DNA of 64,000 nucleotides from Candidatus Poribacteria bacterium (GTDB lineage Bacteria > Poribacteria > WGA-4E > WGA-3G). The translations under genes were made by a program, and so were the position numbers. Positions 1 to 9,660 of the stretch are shown here, one piece after another. The notes under the pieces are model-generated. The model saw only the letters and a program-made list of their open reading frames with translations. It did no database searches and was not told where the DNA came from. The DNA is taken from assembly GCA_965197475.1 (NCBI GenBank), contig CBDANF010000002.1, positions 1,152,001-1,216,000 on the forward strand. Direction: 5' to 3'. Numbering within the stretch: the first letter of the stretch is position 1; each line of letters starts with the position of its first letter.

Positions 1-1061
1 TGCCAAATGCGTTGAATCCTGTCGTTTTTGAACCACAGGATAACGTCTTTTACCGAAACAACGGTGACGGAACGTTCACTGATATTACTGCCGAAGCAGG
101 TGTTGCTGCTCCCAGTGGTAGAAGTATGCAAGCAATTTTCAGCGACTTTGACAATGATAACGATTTGGACCTCTACGTCGCAAACGACACCTCCGAAAAC
201 CACATTTTCCGAAATGATGGAAACGGCACGTTTACCGATGTCAGTGCAGACTCATGGGCAGCGGACTTTCGAGGCTCAATGGGTTTAGCGGCAGGAGATT
301 ATGATGCAGATGGGGATATTGACCTTTTTATCAGTCACTGGATTGATCAAGAATATGTACTTTATAGAAATCTGCTGAGAGAGGACAAAACTGCGGAAAC
401 CCCCGCTACGAAACGTATCCGATTTGTAGATGAATCCTATTCCGCTATGCTTGCAGAAGTTACATTAAAGGAAATCGGGTGGGGCACCTCTCTTTTTGAC
501 TACGACAACGACGGAGATTTAGATATCTTTGTGGCAAATGGGAGCACTTTCCAAAAACTGGATCAACCTGAATCGCTTATTCCACAACCTGATCAGTTGT
601 TTCGTAATGAAGACGATGGCACTTTTAGTGATGTTAGTAAAAGCACTGGAATTGCTAATCTTCCTCCGCGAGTCAGCCGTGGTGCTGCTTTCGGTGACTA
701 TGATAATGACGGAGATGTGGATATTTTCATCGTCAATAACTATGCAAAGCCGATCCTATGGCGGAATAGTGCCACCGATTTGAAGAATAGCAATAATTGG
801 CTGCATGTTAAGTTGATCGGCACGAACGAAAACCGAAGTGCTGTCGGTGCGAAAATACTATTGAAAACCTCAGAGACTACACAGATACGAGAAATTTATG
901 CAGGTGAAAGCTACATGTCCGCTAACAGTTTCATTGCTGAATTCGGGTTAGGAAAAGCTACCCAAATTCAGATGCTGCAGGTTATCTGGTCCAACGGTAA
1001 AACACAGACGCTTGAGGATGTATCGGTAAACCAACTGATACGGATTACACAGAGACCTTAG
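1..1061 (+). CDS. CRTAC1/ASPIC-UnbV family FG-GAP repeat protein (5' end outside window)
   Basis: Repeated DFDNDxDLD / DYDxDGDxD motifs, NxGDGTFTD motifs, SRGAAFGDYDNDG and a C-terminal ASPIC/UnbV-like domain (NRSAVGAKI...EFGLG). Confidence 0.88.
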   Translation, partial: PNALNPVVFEPQDNVFYRNNGDGTFTDITAEAGVAAPSGRSMQAIFSDFDNDNDLDLYVANDTSENHIFRNDGNGTFTDVSADSWAADFRGSMGLAAGDYDADGDIDLFISHWIDQEYVLYRNLLREDKTAETPATKRIRFVDESYSAMLAEVTLKEIGWGTSLFDYDNDGDLDIFVANGSTFQKLDQPESLIPQPDQLFRNEDDGTFSDVSKSTGIANLPPRVSRGAAFGDYDNDGDVDIFIVNNYAKPILWRNSATDLKNSNNWLHVKLIGTNENRSAVGAKILLKTSETTQIREIYAGESYMSANSFIAEFGLGKATQIQMLQVIWSNGKTQTLEDVSVNQLIRITQRP

Positions 1062-1071
1062 ATTGGGTTAG

Positions 1072-1238
1072 TGTCTGAACCAGGATTCACAAGATTATAG
1101 GATTTTCGAGATTGTTGGCAGTTTGACTTTTCTTGACACGGTCAAACCTATCTGATTATCTTGCGAATACGACTCACTACTGCAGAAACCTCTTTAATCC
1201 TGAAAATATGGAAATCATGCGAATCATGGTTCAGACAA
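1072..1238. repeat. Short inverted-repeat-bounded intergenic element (MITE-like)
   Basis: Ends TGTCTGAACCAGGATTC ... GAATCATGGTTCAGACA; related left ends (GTCTGAATCTCGGAT) at ~55380 and ~63003. Confidence 0.6.
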
Positions 1239-1260
1239 TAAACATTATATTTTACCTGCC

Positions 1261-2646
1261 ATGAACATCAACTCCAAAACCTCACCAAAGTCTGCCCTGT
1301 TGACAGAATCCGAGATGTCACTGTTTGTTGACTACTATCAGCTCACGATGGGACAAGCAGATTTCAATGTCCAAAACGATGCTGTTATTACTGCCAATTA
1401 CTATGTCCGAAAAATTCCACAAGGTGAATATCTCATTGCGGCAGGTCTCGAACAGGTTATCCATTATGTCCTAAATTTGCGTTTTACCGATGATATTCTC
1501 AATTGGCTATCGCAGCGCGGCGAATTGAGCGATGACTACCTTGAATCGTTGAAAGAGTTCCGATTTGAGGGATCCATTTATGCTGTCCCTGAAGGCACTC
1601 TCGTTTTCCCGAATGAACCTATTATCAACGTGACCGGCAGATCACGAGACGTGCAACTTTTTGAAACCTATCTGCTCTGCGTGATGAACTTTCAGACGTT
1701 GATTGCGACAAAAGCTTCACGTATTGTCCGCGCGGCAAGAGGAAAGCCTGTTTTTGATTTCGGTGCAAGACGCGCGCACGGCAGAGATGCAGGTATCCTT
1801 GCTGCGCGCGCATCGTTCATCGGTGGGGCAAGCGGTACATCTCTTGTGCTTGCAGGACGTTATTTTGATATTCCTTACGTCGGCACGATGGCACATAAAT
1901 TTGTTATGGAACGCCCTACAGAAGTTGATGCATTCCGAGATTATGCTAATGTTTTCCCACACAACACCACATTCCTAATTGATACCTACGATACGTTACA
2001 GGGAGCAAGAAATGCGTGTATCGTTGCACATGAGATGGAAGCGCGCGGTGCCCGACTAAAAGCGGTGAGATTGGATAGTGGCGATCTCTTGTTACTCAGT
2101 AAAGAGGTTCGCCGTATTTTTGATGCAGAAGGACTTGACTATGTGCAGATTATTGCCAGCCATGATCTTGATGAATTTGAGATAAACAAATTGCTTAAGA
2201 AAGGTGCACCGATTGATGGTTTCGGAGTCGGCACCCGTCTTGCCACGGGTGCCAACTTTAATTCTTATACCGGTAAAGGCGGACCTTCCGCACTCGGCGG
2301 TGTCTATAAATCAGTTGAACGTGATGGTATTCCTGTTGGTAAACAGACGCTTGATGAACCTGCTAAAGCTACACTACCCGGAAGAAAGCAGATATATCGG
2401 CAAACTGACACCGATGGATACTATTGTAAAGACTGCGTCACGCTTTGGAATGAACCGGTATCCGATGGAGAACCACTCTTAATTTCCATTGTCAAGGACG
2501 GAGAATTGGTGTATAATTTTTCAAATCTGACAGACATTCAAGAACGGACGAGAGTGCAACTTAGGAAATTACATGAATCTCATAAAACTTTGATAGATGC
2601 TAAACCGTATCCAGTTGAAATACATCCGGGGTTGAAAACAGAATAG
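1261..2646 (+). CDS. pncB: Nicotinate phosphoribosyltransferase
   Basis: DYYQLTM, DFGARRAHG, GTMAH, LIDTYD, VRLDSGD and FGVGTRL motifs. Confidence 0.95.
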   Translation: MNINSKTSPKSALLTESEMSLFVDYYQLTMGQADFNVQNDAVITANYYVRKIPQGEYLIAAGLEQVIHYVLNLRFTDDILNWLSQRGELSDDYLESLKEFRFEGSIYAVPEGTLVFPNEPIINVTGRSRDVQLFETYLLCVMNFQTLIATKASRIVRAARGKPVFDFGARRAHGRDAGILAARASFIGGASGTSLVLAGRYFDIPYVGTMAHKFVMERPTEVDAFRDYANVFPHNTTFLIDTYDTLQGARNACIVAHEMEARGARLKAVRLDSGDLLLLSKEVRRIFDAEGLDYVQIIASHDLDEFEINKLLKKGAPIDGFGVGTRLATGANFNSYTGKGGPSALGGVYKSVERDGIPVGKQTLDEPAKATLPGRKQIYRQTDTDGYYCKDCVTLWNEPVSDGEPLLISIVKDGELVYNFSNLTDIQERTRVQLRKLHESHKTLIDAKPYPVEIHPGLKTE

Positions 2647-2768
2647 TAACGAAAACACGTATATTCTCCTTAACCACTTTACCCTTGATGAGGGACATGC
2701 TTGCGCTGATAAGCAAGGGAGGAAATGTGAATACCCTAAAGAACTTTGAATACAAGCAAAGAAAGTAT

Positions 2769-3554
2769 ATGCCTGTCTTTCCAAAAGCGAGTGGAAAACC
2801 AACTATTTATATTGAAGGATATCCCTGTGAGGACGATGAACCTATGGCTGCCACAGGATTTCACGCGGAACAGATTTCTACCTTTTTTGACCAACTCTCG
2901 CGACATTTTGAAATTAATGAACACATCCACGTTGGCATTGACAATTTCATCTACTACCGTGAAGGCGACATGACAAAATTCGTTGCGCCAGATGTTTACG
3001 TTGTTTTAGGTGTTGATAAAGTTCCGCAGCGGCGTAGTTTTTATACGTGGTCCGAAGGTGCAGTTCCCGCTGCCGTTTTTGAATTTCTTTCTGATGCAAC
3101 GGCGAATCAAGATCGGCACGAAAAAGTTCAACTGTATCTGATGGATATGGGTGTTCCAGAATACTTTATCCATCAACCTGAGATGGAGAAGCCGGCAGAA
3201 TTTCGTGGGTGGCGGCGGAGTCCATCGGGTGAGATACTTGAAATTGCCCCAAACGCGCAGGATGGTTTGTTCAGTGAAACGTTAAATCTCTTATTTCGAT
3301 GGGAGGATCAACTTCATAGCCACGTTAGGCTTTTACGCCCGTATCTACCGGATGGCACCCCGATTACAACCTCTACAGAAGAGCAGCACCTGCGAATGGA
3401 AGAGCAGCACCTGCGAATGGAAGAGCAACATATGAGAGTGGAGGCGGAAGCGCGTGCCGCAGAAGCAGAAAGGATCGCCAGAGAAGAAACGGAACGAAGA
3501 CAGACGTTAGAGACAGAGTTAGAACGTCTCCGTGCACAACTCGCCAACCGCTAA
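2769..3554 (+). CDS. Uma2/DUF820 family (PD-(D/E)xK-like) protein with coiled-coil tail
   Basis: VAPDVYVV, RRSFYTW.EG..P..VFEFLS and K..LY..MGV.EYF motifs; EEQHLRM repeats from a 21-bp tandem repeat at 3378-3435; start at ATG 2769 is my choice. Confidence 0.85.
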   Translation: MPVFPKASGKPTIYIEGYPCEDDEPMAATGFHAEQISTFFDQLSRHFEINEHIHVGIDNFIYYREGDMTKFVAPDVYVVLGVDKVPQRRSFYTWSEGAVPAAVFEFLSDATANQDRHEKVQLYLMDMGVPEYFIHQPEMEKPAEFRGWRRSPSGEILEIAPNAQDGLFSETLNLLFRWEDQLHSHVRLLRPYLPDGTPITTSTEEQHLRMEEQHLRMEEQHMRVEAEARAAEAERIAREETERRQTLETELERLRAQLANR

Positions 3555-3642
3555 CGCTAAGACGAAAGCGCGTGACACTTCCTAAGGTGGTGACGCACAG
3601 AAAGGAAAACGTATCAGGATTTACGCAAATTCGGAACCGTCC

Positions 3643-3861
3643 TGTAAAGACTGCGTAACACTTTGGGTTAAACCGATATTCGATGGAGAACCGCTCTTAA
3701 TTTCCATTGTCAAAGACGGGAACTTGGTGTATAATTTTCCAAATCTGACAGACATTCAGGAGCGGACGAAGATGGGACTCACAAAATTGCAGGAATCCCA
3801 TAAAACATTCACAGATGCTAAACCTTATGCGGTTGAAATACATCCGTCATTGAGAAAGTAA
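3643..3861 (+). pseudogene. Diverged duplicate of the pncB 3' end (72 codons, no start codon)
   Basis: Aligns with 2425-2646; reads CKDCVTLWVKPIFDGEPLLISIVKDG...AVEIHPSLRK*. Confidence 0.9.
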
Positions 3862-4031
3862 ATCAAGATACATTGATTTTTCTCGTGAGATATGGTATTC
3901 TTAATCTAACACTTTATAAACAAAAGCGTCACGCGTCCTAAGAACTTGCGATGCAGCACGCAAACAATTTTAATTAAGGCATAACATCGCTGTTATGCTT
4001 GAAAGCTAAATGCTGAAGGAACACAAAATTA

Positions 4032-5216
4032 GTGTCTAAAGAACCAAACAATTCTAATCCCGTCGATGCGACGGACATTATCCATCCTCAACCTGTCCCT
4101 TTTATACTGGTTCACCTTGCATGTTTTACCGTTTTTTTTGTAGATGTTCAACCCACTGATTGGATTATATGCGGTGTACTTTACGTTATACGTATGTTTG
4201 GCATCACAGGAGGATTTCATCGTTATTTTTCACACCGAGCATTCAAAACAAGCCGAGGATTCCAATTCTTTTTGGCATTTCTCGGACAGAGCTCGGCACA
4301 ACGGGCTACCTTATGGTGGGCAGCGAAACATCGAGAACATCATAAGTATTCTGACACAGAGCATGATGTTCACTCCCCAGTAAAACATGGATTTTGGTAT
4401 TCCCACGTAGGCTGGATTTTGTGTACACGCGGTCTGAGCGCAGATTACAGTTTGATAAAGGACTTTCGGAAATATCCTGAACTCGTTTGGCTTGGGAAAT
4501 ACCATACACTACCAGCAGTGTTATTAGCCGTTTTCGTTTGGGCAATTGCAGGCTGGTCCGGACTTGTCGTCGGTTTTATAATCAGTACGGTGCTTCTATA
4601 CCACGGCACATTTACGATCAATTCTCTTTCCCACATTTATGGGAAACAACGTTATGACACCGGAGATAATTCTCGTAACAATCTGTTACTCGCCATCATT
4701 ACACTCGGGGAAGGATGGCATAATAACCACCACCATTTTCCAAGTGCAGCCCCGCAAGGTTTTCATTGGTGGCAAATTGACATCACGTATTATATTTTGA
4801 AAATTTTGTCCGTTTTTAGAATCGTTTGGGACCTTCGCTTACCACCCGCGCATGTCGTTGAGGGCAAACGTAGGGTGTCTCTCGCTGCCATAGAAAACGC
4901 AGCTCAGCAGCTCGCTGCGAGTTTTTCGGTTGAACAGATCAGCAAAACGGTTTTGCAAGTATGGGCACACACGCCAAAATTAGAAGAACTCCGTAGACGC
5001 GCTCGCATTGGTCAGGCAGAAGTTGAAGCATTTCTCAAAGAAATGAAGATCCTTGAGTTACCGAAAATAGGAAATCTTACAGATAAAGCACAAAACATGT
5101 TTACTCACATCCCATCCTTAAATCCGATTGTTGAGCGGGCAAATCATATCATCGTTCAGTCCGTTTCGGTTTGGCTGCTTCAGAATGACATGTGCGAATC
5201 AGCAGTTGGGGTTTAG
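4032..5216 (+). CDS. Delta-9-type acyl-CoA/fatty acid desaturase with C-terminal extension
   Basis: His boxes HRYFSH, HREHH and GEGWHNNHH; transmembrane segments. Confidence 0.92.
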   Translation: MSKEPNNSNPVDATDIIHPQPVPFILVHLACFTVFFVDVQPTDWIICGVLYVIRMFGITGGFHRYFSHRAFKTSRGFQFFLAFLGQSSAQRATLWWAAKHREHHKYSDTEHDVHSPVKHGFWYSHVGWILCTRGLSADYSLIKDFRKYPELVWLGKYHTLPAVLLAVFVWAIAGWSGLVVGFIISTVLLYHGTFTINSLSHIYGKQRYDTGDNSRNNLLLAIITLGEGWHNNHHHFPSAAPQGFHWWQIDITYYILKILSVFRIVWDLRLPPAHVVEGKRRVSLAAIENAAQQLAASFSVEQISKTVLQVWAHTPKLEELRRRARIGQAEVEAFLKEMKILELPKIGNLTDKAQNMFTHIPSLNPIVERANHIIVQSVSVWLLQNDMCESAVGV

Positions 5217-5257
5217 TGAATACTGATACGGGTTGGGTTAGACTGAAAGTAAAGCCC

Positions 5258-5486
5258 ATAACTGTCAACTTAAGAAACACGTTGTGGTAAGCTATCGCTC
5301 TTTAGTCCCGTAGGGACGATATGTTTATAGCATGTCGCATTCACACATCTCTTTAGCTCCATAGGAGCGACATAGATTTTACAAACATACTGCCTCTACG
5401 AGGCTCAAGAACGCGGGGTAGCACCTTTTCTATAAACATATCGTCTCTACGAGGCTATAAATTCATGTCCTTAAATTGACGACTAT
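5258..5486. mobile_element. MITE family A (CCCATAACTGTCAACTTAAG ends) inserted in a REP-like hairpin
   Basis: Inverted ends; imperfect direct repeat at 5235-5257 and 5487-5508; internal GTAGGGACGATATGTTTATAG-type repeats. Confidence 0.75.
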
Positions 5487-5563
5487 GGGTTAAACTGAAG
5501 TAAAACCCAACCATGCGGTTGAAATACATCCAGAGTTGCGAAATTCTATTGATCGGGTAAATT

Positions 5564-8548
5564 ATGAAAACCATCTTATTTACATTATTTTCAGTAATCT
5601 TATTGTGTGCTATCGTTTTTCATAGCAACGCTTATGACTACCACTGGGAAATAGACGAAACACCAGAAGGAGAGGAAAGTGTTACCGTAGTCGAACCTGT
5701 GCAAGTGACGCTATTAGATGAACAGGTAGAAATATCATCTCATAGTGCATCACTACGTCTGCTCCAAGTATATTCTGTTCACCTCAGATCAGAATGGGAA
5801 TCAGGATACGCACATAGACTATTCCTAACGTTTGAATCAATTCCGCAACAAAAGAATCCTCTTTATGAAAATCCAGCTCTACAACCGTCTATATGGAAAC
5901 TAAGTAACAGGCACATTCAAAATGACATAGAGATTGAATACTCGGGTGATACTAAAATTGTCACCATTGCCGCCGATGCTTTTACTTATGCGACCCCTTT
6001 GTTAGCCGAAATCGAAGGCGTGCGTGGTAGGTACTTCTCCAAACGACTCCACCGGGCAGTGGTTCGGTACGTAACAGACAATGGGGCGGATAGAAACACT
6101 ATTAAACGTATACTTCGAAAAAGGTACGCCGTTAGTATAGATGTCCCTGATTATATTGAACTTACAAAGTATACAACAGGTGAACATGCGGGTCGTTTCT
6201 CAACATTCAAAGATGAAGAACTAATGGCTCTCGTATCAATGTTTGAGGAGTTTCCGCAAGGCATGCTTAAAACACCCGGATTAAAATATTTGGTTAGACG
6301 TTTAGATGGAACACCACATCCGCTTTATCCGACCGCGCCTGCAGTCGCGTGGCCGAGTGCAGGCTACATTGAATTTATGGAAGCTGCTTTTATAGGAGGC
6401 AGTCCTGATTACATGCATCGCTTGATTCTGCATGAAAAGGCACATTTCCTATGGGCACACCTTTTTGACGAACAACTTAAACAGGATTGGATTGAACTCG
6501 GCGGCTGGTTTCGAAATCCGGACGACGCTGATGGGTGGTCTACGACTAAGCAAACAGAGTTTGTTTCGGCGTACGCACACGCCAAAAATCCTAATGAAGA
6601 TATGGCGGAGAGTATCAGTTTTTATATCATAAGACCTGACAAGCTACGTTCTCGTTCACCTGCTAAATACGAATTTATTCAAAATCGGATAATGCACGGC
6701 ACGCGCTACATCTCACAAATACGCGAGGACTTGACTTTTGTGGTCTACAATCTTTATCCTGATTATGTGTATCCTGGACGGATTGTAAGAGTTGACATAC
6801 AAGTGGATGGTGAACCCGAAGAAGATAAGATGATTACAGTCGAAATAGAAATTCATAGAGAGAGCCAATTGGATTCAGCGCGAGGTGTATTTATTAGACT
6901 TTTTAGTGAAAAAGGCACGTTCTTTGATGTTTGGCTTTCACCTATCAATGCACAAGGACAACGAATTTCTGCGGGGCATGTTTTCAGAGGTTCAATAACA
7001 TTAACACGCTATGCCGCAAATGGTTACTGGGGGCCAGACTCGGTTACTTTAAGTGACGTTTCTGGAAATCAGCGTCATGAATCTGCTCAAACAGATTTTG
7101 GGTGGAAACTCTATATCAACAATCCTCTTGCGGATTGTCAACTTCCAGCGTATGTTAAGGAATCAATGCGTCTTAGCTTATCTCAAGGGATTGAGGAGGA
7201 TAGAACTTTTCACATCATCACCGCACGCTGGCAGATTGTTGAGGATATAGGAATAAGAAATGTATCTGTTCATGTTAACGATGAAAGTAGGGGAACTTAT
7301 TCACACAACGCAAAGAGTTGGAGGAACCCTCAAGTTGCTGCAGGTGGAGGGAGAGGTTACAACCACGAAACAGGTGAAGCTACAGCAGAATTGATTATTC
7401 CTGATTACTACCAAAACGGTAATTATCTGGTCCACTATATTTCTATGGTAGATTTTGCTGGAAACAGAAGCGGTGTGTATTTCTCTAATTTCGACGGGGG
7501 ACTATGGGAAACAGACATAAAACTTGACGAACTACCTGCTTCAATTTATGTTCCGACAATTAATCCTGATAACGCGCCAGTTGTGCTTGATCTGAATAAT
7601 ATTACGATTAAAGCAGAACCGACAAAGCCTGAAGACCCCAATGGTGAAACGATAGTCAATATTACCTTTAGAGTAAAAGACAATATCAGCGGTTATTGGA
7701 AAGCTGATTTACGCCTGCGTGATCCTTTAGGTAATATTCACCAATTCACACACTTTCATTCTGAGCATTACAAAATCTATTTCCATGGAGACCCGAAGGT
7801 ATATGAAACTTACCACAAACAGATTATTTTGCCGGTTGGCAGTATTCCCGGCACATGGGGCCTTGCCGAGATGGTAGTTTTTGATAAGGCACATAATATC
7901 TTACGGGCAGACTTTACTGAAATCGTCCGTTTTGTGGTGGATGATACTATTTATACCCAATCTGATGTCAACGAAGACGGTGAAATTGACATTCGGGATC
8001 TGATTATTGTTGCCCAATCGTTTGAAGACTTCAACGAAAAAGCAGATGTCAACGGTGATGGCACTGTCAATATTTTAGATTTAGTGGAAGTTGCCAGCCA
8101 TCTTGGAGAAGAAGCGGCGGCACCAGCTGCATACAACCCAACTGCTGATCAAATCCAAAGTTGGATCACGCAAGCAATGCAAGAAGATAATGGCAGTCAT
8201 ATCTTCCGTAGAGGTATCCAGGTCCTACAATCTCTCTTACTTAGCCTGCGTCCTGAAACAACTGCTTTGCTGCCTAACTACCCAAATCCGTTTAACCCGG
8301 AAACGTGGATACCTTATCATTTGGCAAACGCCAGCGATGTGCAGATTGCCATTTACGATACGAGAGGGCGCATAGTTCGCACGTTAGCACTCGGGCATCA
8401 GCCCGCAGGCTATTACACAGACAGAGGTCGTGCAGCATATTGGGATGGTCGGAATAGCGTGGGGGAACGTATTGCAAGCGGTGTCTATTTTTATCAACTG
8501 CAGGCGGATTCTATTTCACAACTGCGTAAAATGGTTATTTTGAAATAG
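5564..8548 (+). CDS. Secreted zinc-metallopeptidase-like protein with dockerin/EF-hand repeat and C-terminal FlgD/T9SS-A-like sorting domain
   Basis: Signal peptide; LHEKAH with downstream FVSAYA..NPNEDMAE; DVNEDGEIDIRDL/DVNGDGTVNILDL; LLPNYPNPFNPETWIPY...SGVYFY..RKMVILK. Confidence 0.85.
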   Translation: MKTILFTLFSVILLCAIVFHSNAYDYHWEIDETPEGEESVTVVEPVQVTLLDEQVEISSHSASLRLLQVYSVHLRSEWESGYAHRLFLTFESIPQQKNPLYENPALQPSIWKLSNRHIQNDIEIEYSGDTKIVTIAADAFTYATPLLAEIEGVRGRYFSKRLHRAVVRYVTDNGADRNTIKRILRKRYAVSIDVPDYIELTKYTTGEHAGRFSTFKDEELMALVSMFEEFPQGMLKTPGLKYLVRRLDGTPHPLYPTAPAVAWPSAGYIEFMEAAFIGGSPDYMHRLILHEKAHFLWAHLFDEQLKQDWIELGGWFRNPDDADGWSTTKQTEFVSAYAHAKNPNEDMAESISFYIIRPDKLRSRSPAKYEFIQNRIMHGTRYISQIREDLTFVVYNLYPDYVYPGRIVRVDIQVDGEPEEDKMITVEIEIHRESQLDSARGVFIRLFSEKGTFFDVWLSPINAQGQRISAGHVFRGSITLTRYAANGYWGPDSVTLSDVSGNQRHESAQTDFGWKLYINNPLADCQLPAYVKESMRLSLSQGIEEDRTFHIITARWQIVEDIGIRNVSVHVNDESRGTYSHNAKSWRNPQVAAGGGRGYNHETGEATAELIIPDYYQNGNYLVHYISMVDFAGNRSGVYFSNFDGGLWETDIKLDELPASIYVPTINPDNAPVVLDLNNITIKAEPTKPEDPNGETIVNITFRVKDNISGYWKADLRLRDPLGNIHQFTHFHSEHYKIYFHGDPKVYETYHKQIILPVGSIPGTWGLAEMVVFDKAHNILRADFTEIVRFVVDDTIYTQSDVNEDGEIDIRDLIIVAQSFEDFNEKADVNGDGTVNILDLVEVASHLGEEAAAPAAYNPTADQIQSWITQAMQEDNGSHIFRRGIQVLQSLLLSLRPETTALLPNYPNPFNPETWIPYHLANASDVQIAIYDTRGRIVRTLALGHQPAGYYTDRGRAAYWDGRNSVGERIASGVYFYQLQADSISQLRKMVILK

Positions 8549-8673
8549 TATCAAATGACCATAGGATAGCTGGAAGGCTGATGTTCATTGGCTTCCCAGC
8601 GATCGTTGATGAGTGGGTTGCGTTGGGATCGCGAGCATCCTCTTTGAGAAATGATGCGTTTAGCGATAAACGT
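8548..8673 (-). ncRNA. Candidate ~125-nt structured non-coding RNA of the DUF1670 element
   Basis: Lies directly downstream of a near-consensus promoter; four consecutive stems (CGTTTA/TAAACG, GCATC/GATGC, GCGATC/GATCGC with 22-nt loop, GCTGGGAAG/CTTCCAGC); transcription not demonstrated. Confidence 0.4.
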
Positions 8674-8679
8674 GTCTAA

Positions 8680-8708
8680 AGTATAGCAAAACCGGTAGCG
8701 GTTGTCAA
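8680..8708 (-). promoter_or_regulatory. Near-consensus sigma70 promoter inside the DUF1670 element
   Basis: TTGACA (8708-8703), 17-bp spacer, TGn-TATACT (8685-8680); the spacer overlaps one arm of the inverted repeat GCAAAACCGG/CCGGTTTTGC (8686-8695, 8731-8740). Confidence 0.7.
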
Positions 8709-8775
8709 CCATATTTTCAAGGCACCTGCCCCGGTTTTGCGAAGTAAAGTTCGTCGGGAACATAGGATTAGGGTC

Positions 8776-9660
8776 TCATTGGGCTTCTCCTTGGTGAGTG
8801 GCTTCATCGTTTGAGTCTGAATTGGCAAGGTTTGCATCTATGGCTTGGAGTTGGGGCTGCGGAATCAGGTCCAGATATTGAGTGATAACGCGTTTAGAAA
8901 GTCGGGTGATCTGTGAGATTTTATCAATATCTGTGGTAGCGGTGCGAACGACTTTGACGCTCTCATAATCGCGAATGTATCTATCAACTGCCTCCTTAGA
9001 GTGTTTGGTCTTTGCGGCAATCCTGGGGGTGAGATGTCCTTGAAGATAGAGGGTTATGATCTCTTTCTTATGGGTAATAGCCCCCGATAAGTCATGGATA
9101 TTGCCACGGGTGGGCAAGAGTTCTCCAGTGGTTTTTTGCCATTCATTAACATAATCACAGACAACGGCATCGCAGACATTGAGCAAAACTGCCAAGTCGA
9201 GTTGTGTCAATAATGCCCCTTGGTCATAAGCTTGATGACACCAGCGGACCAAGCGATTGATCCGCAATTGCCGGGAGGTGAAACCGTTTCTAAAAGATTC
9301 AATATCCTCTGCGGCGAGGTAGGTCAGGATGATGGGTTTCATCCGAGTTTTGACGATGGACTTTCCTCTTTCTGGATGTTCATCAATAGGGACGGCCATC
9401 CAAACGAGTTGTCCATAACTTAGGAAACGCTCATCTGGGAGTTGATCACCGGTGGCGAGTTTTTCCAAGGGGAGGGTAATTACGAAATAGTCTTCAACGG
9501 TCTTGAGAATATCATCAACAATGGCGGTGGCAGTGACTTCGCCTTTGTCATACCCGTAGTCATTGAGAAAGCGATGGATAAGCAACTGTCGTAGGGATTT
9601 ATCGTTGATGCGTCTGAATTTCTTCTCGTTGATTTGCGTGCGTGTTAGAGGTTTGCTCAT
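8776..9660 (-). CDS. DUF1670-like protein B
   Basis: RLVRWCHQAYDQGALLTQLDLAVLL...PTRGNIHDLSGAITHKKEIITLYLQG...HSKEAVDRYIRDY, matching my recollection of the DUF1670 pattern; start overlaps the stop of protein A (ATGA). Confidence 0.78.
   Translation of the reverse strand: MSKPLTRTQINEKKFRRINDKSLRQLLIHRFLNDYGYDKGEVTATAIVDDILKTVEDYFVITLPLEKLATGDQLPDERFLSYGQLVWMAVPIDEHPERGKSIVKTRMKPIILTYLAAEDIESFRNGFTSRQLRINRLVRWCHQAYDQGALLTQLDLAVLLNVCDAVVCDYVNEWQKTTGELLPTRGNIHDLSGAITHKKEIITLYLQGHLTPRIAAKTKHSKEAVDRYIRDYESVKVVRTATTDIDKISQITRLSKRVITQYLDLIPQPQLQAIDANLANSDSNDEATHQGEAQ

Noticed and set aside
3378-3435. 21-bp tandem repeat as a regulatory array
   Set aside because: In-frame heptad expansion, common in Uma2 coiled-coil tails.
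8551-8763. 70-aa ORF in the end of the DUF1670 element
   Set aside because: No RBS or motif; it overlaps a near-consensus promoter and hairpins that are better explained as non-coding.
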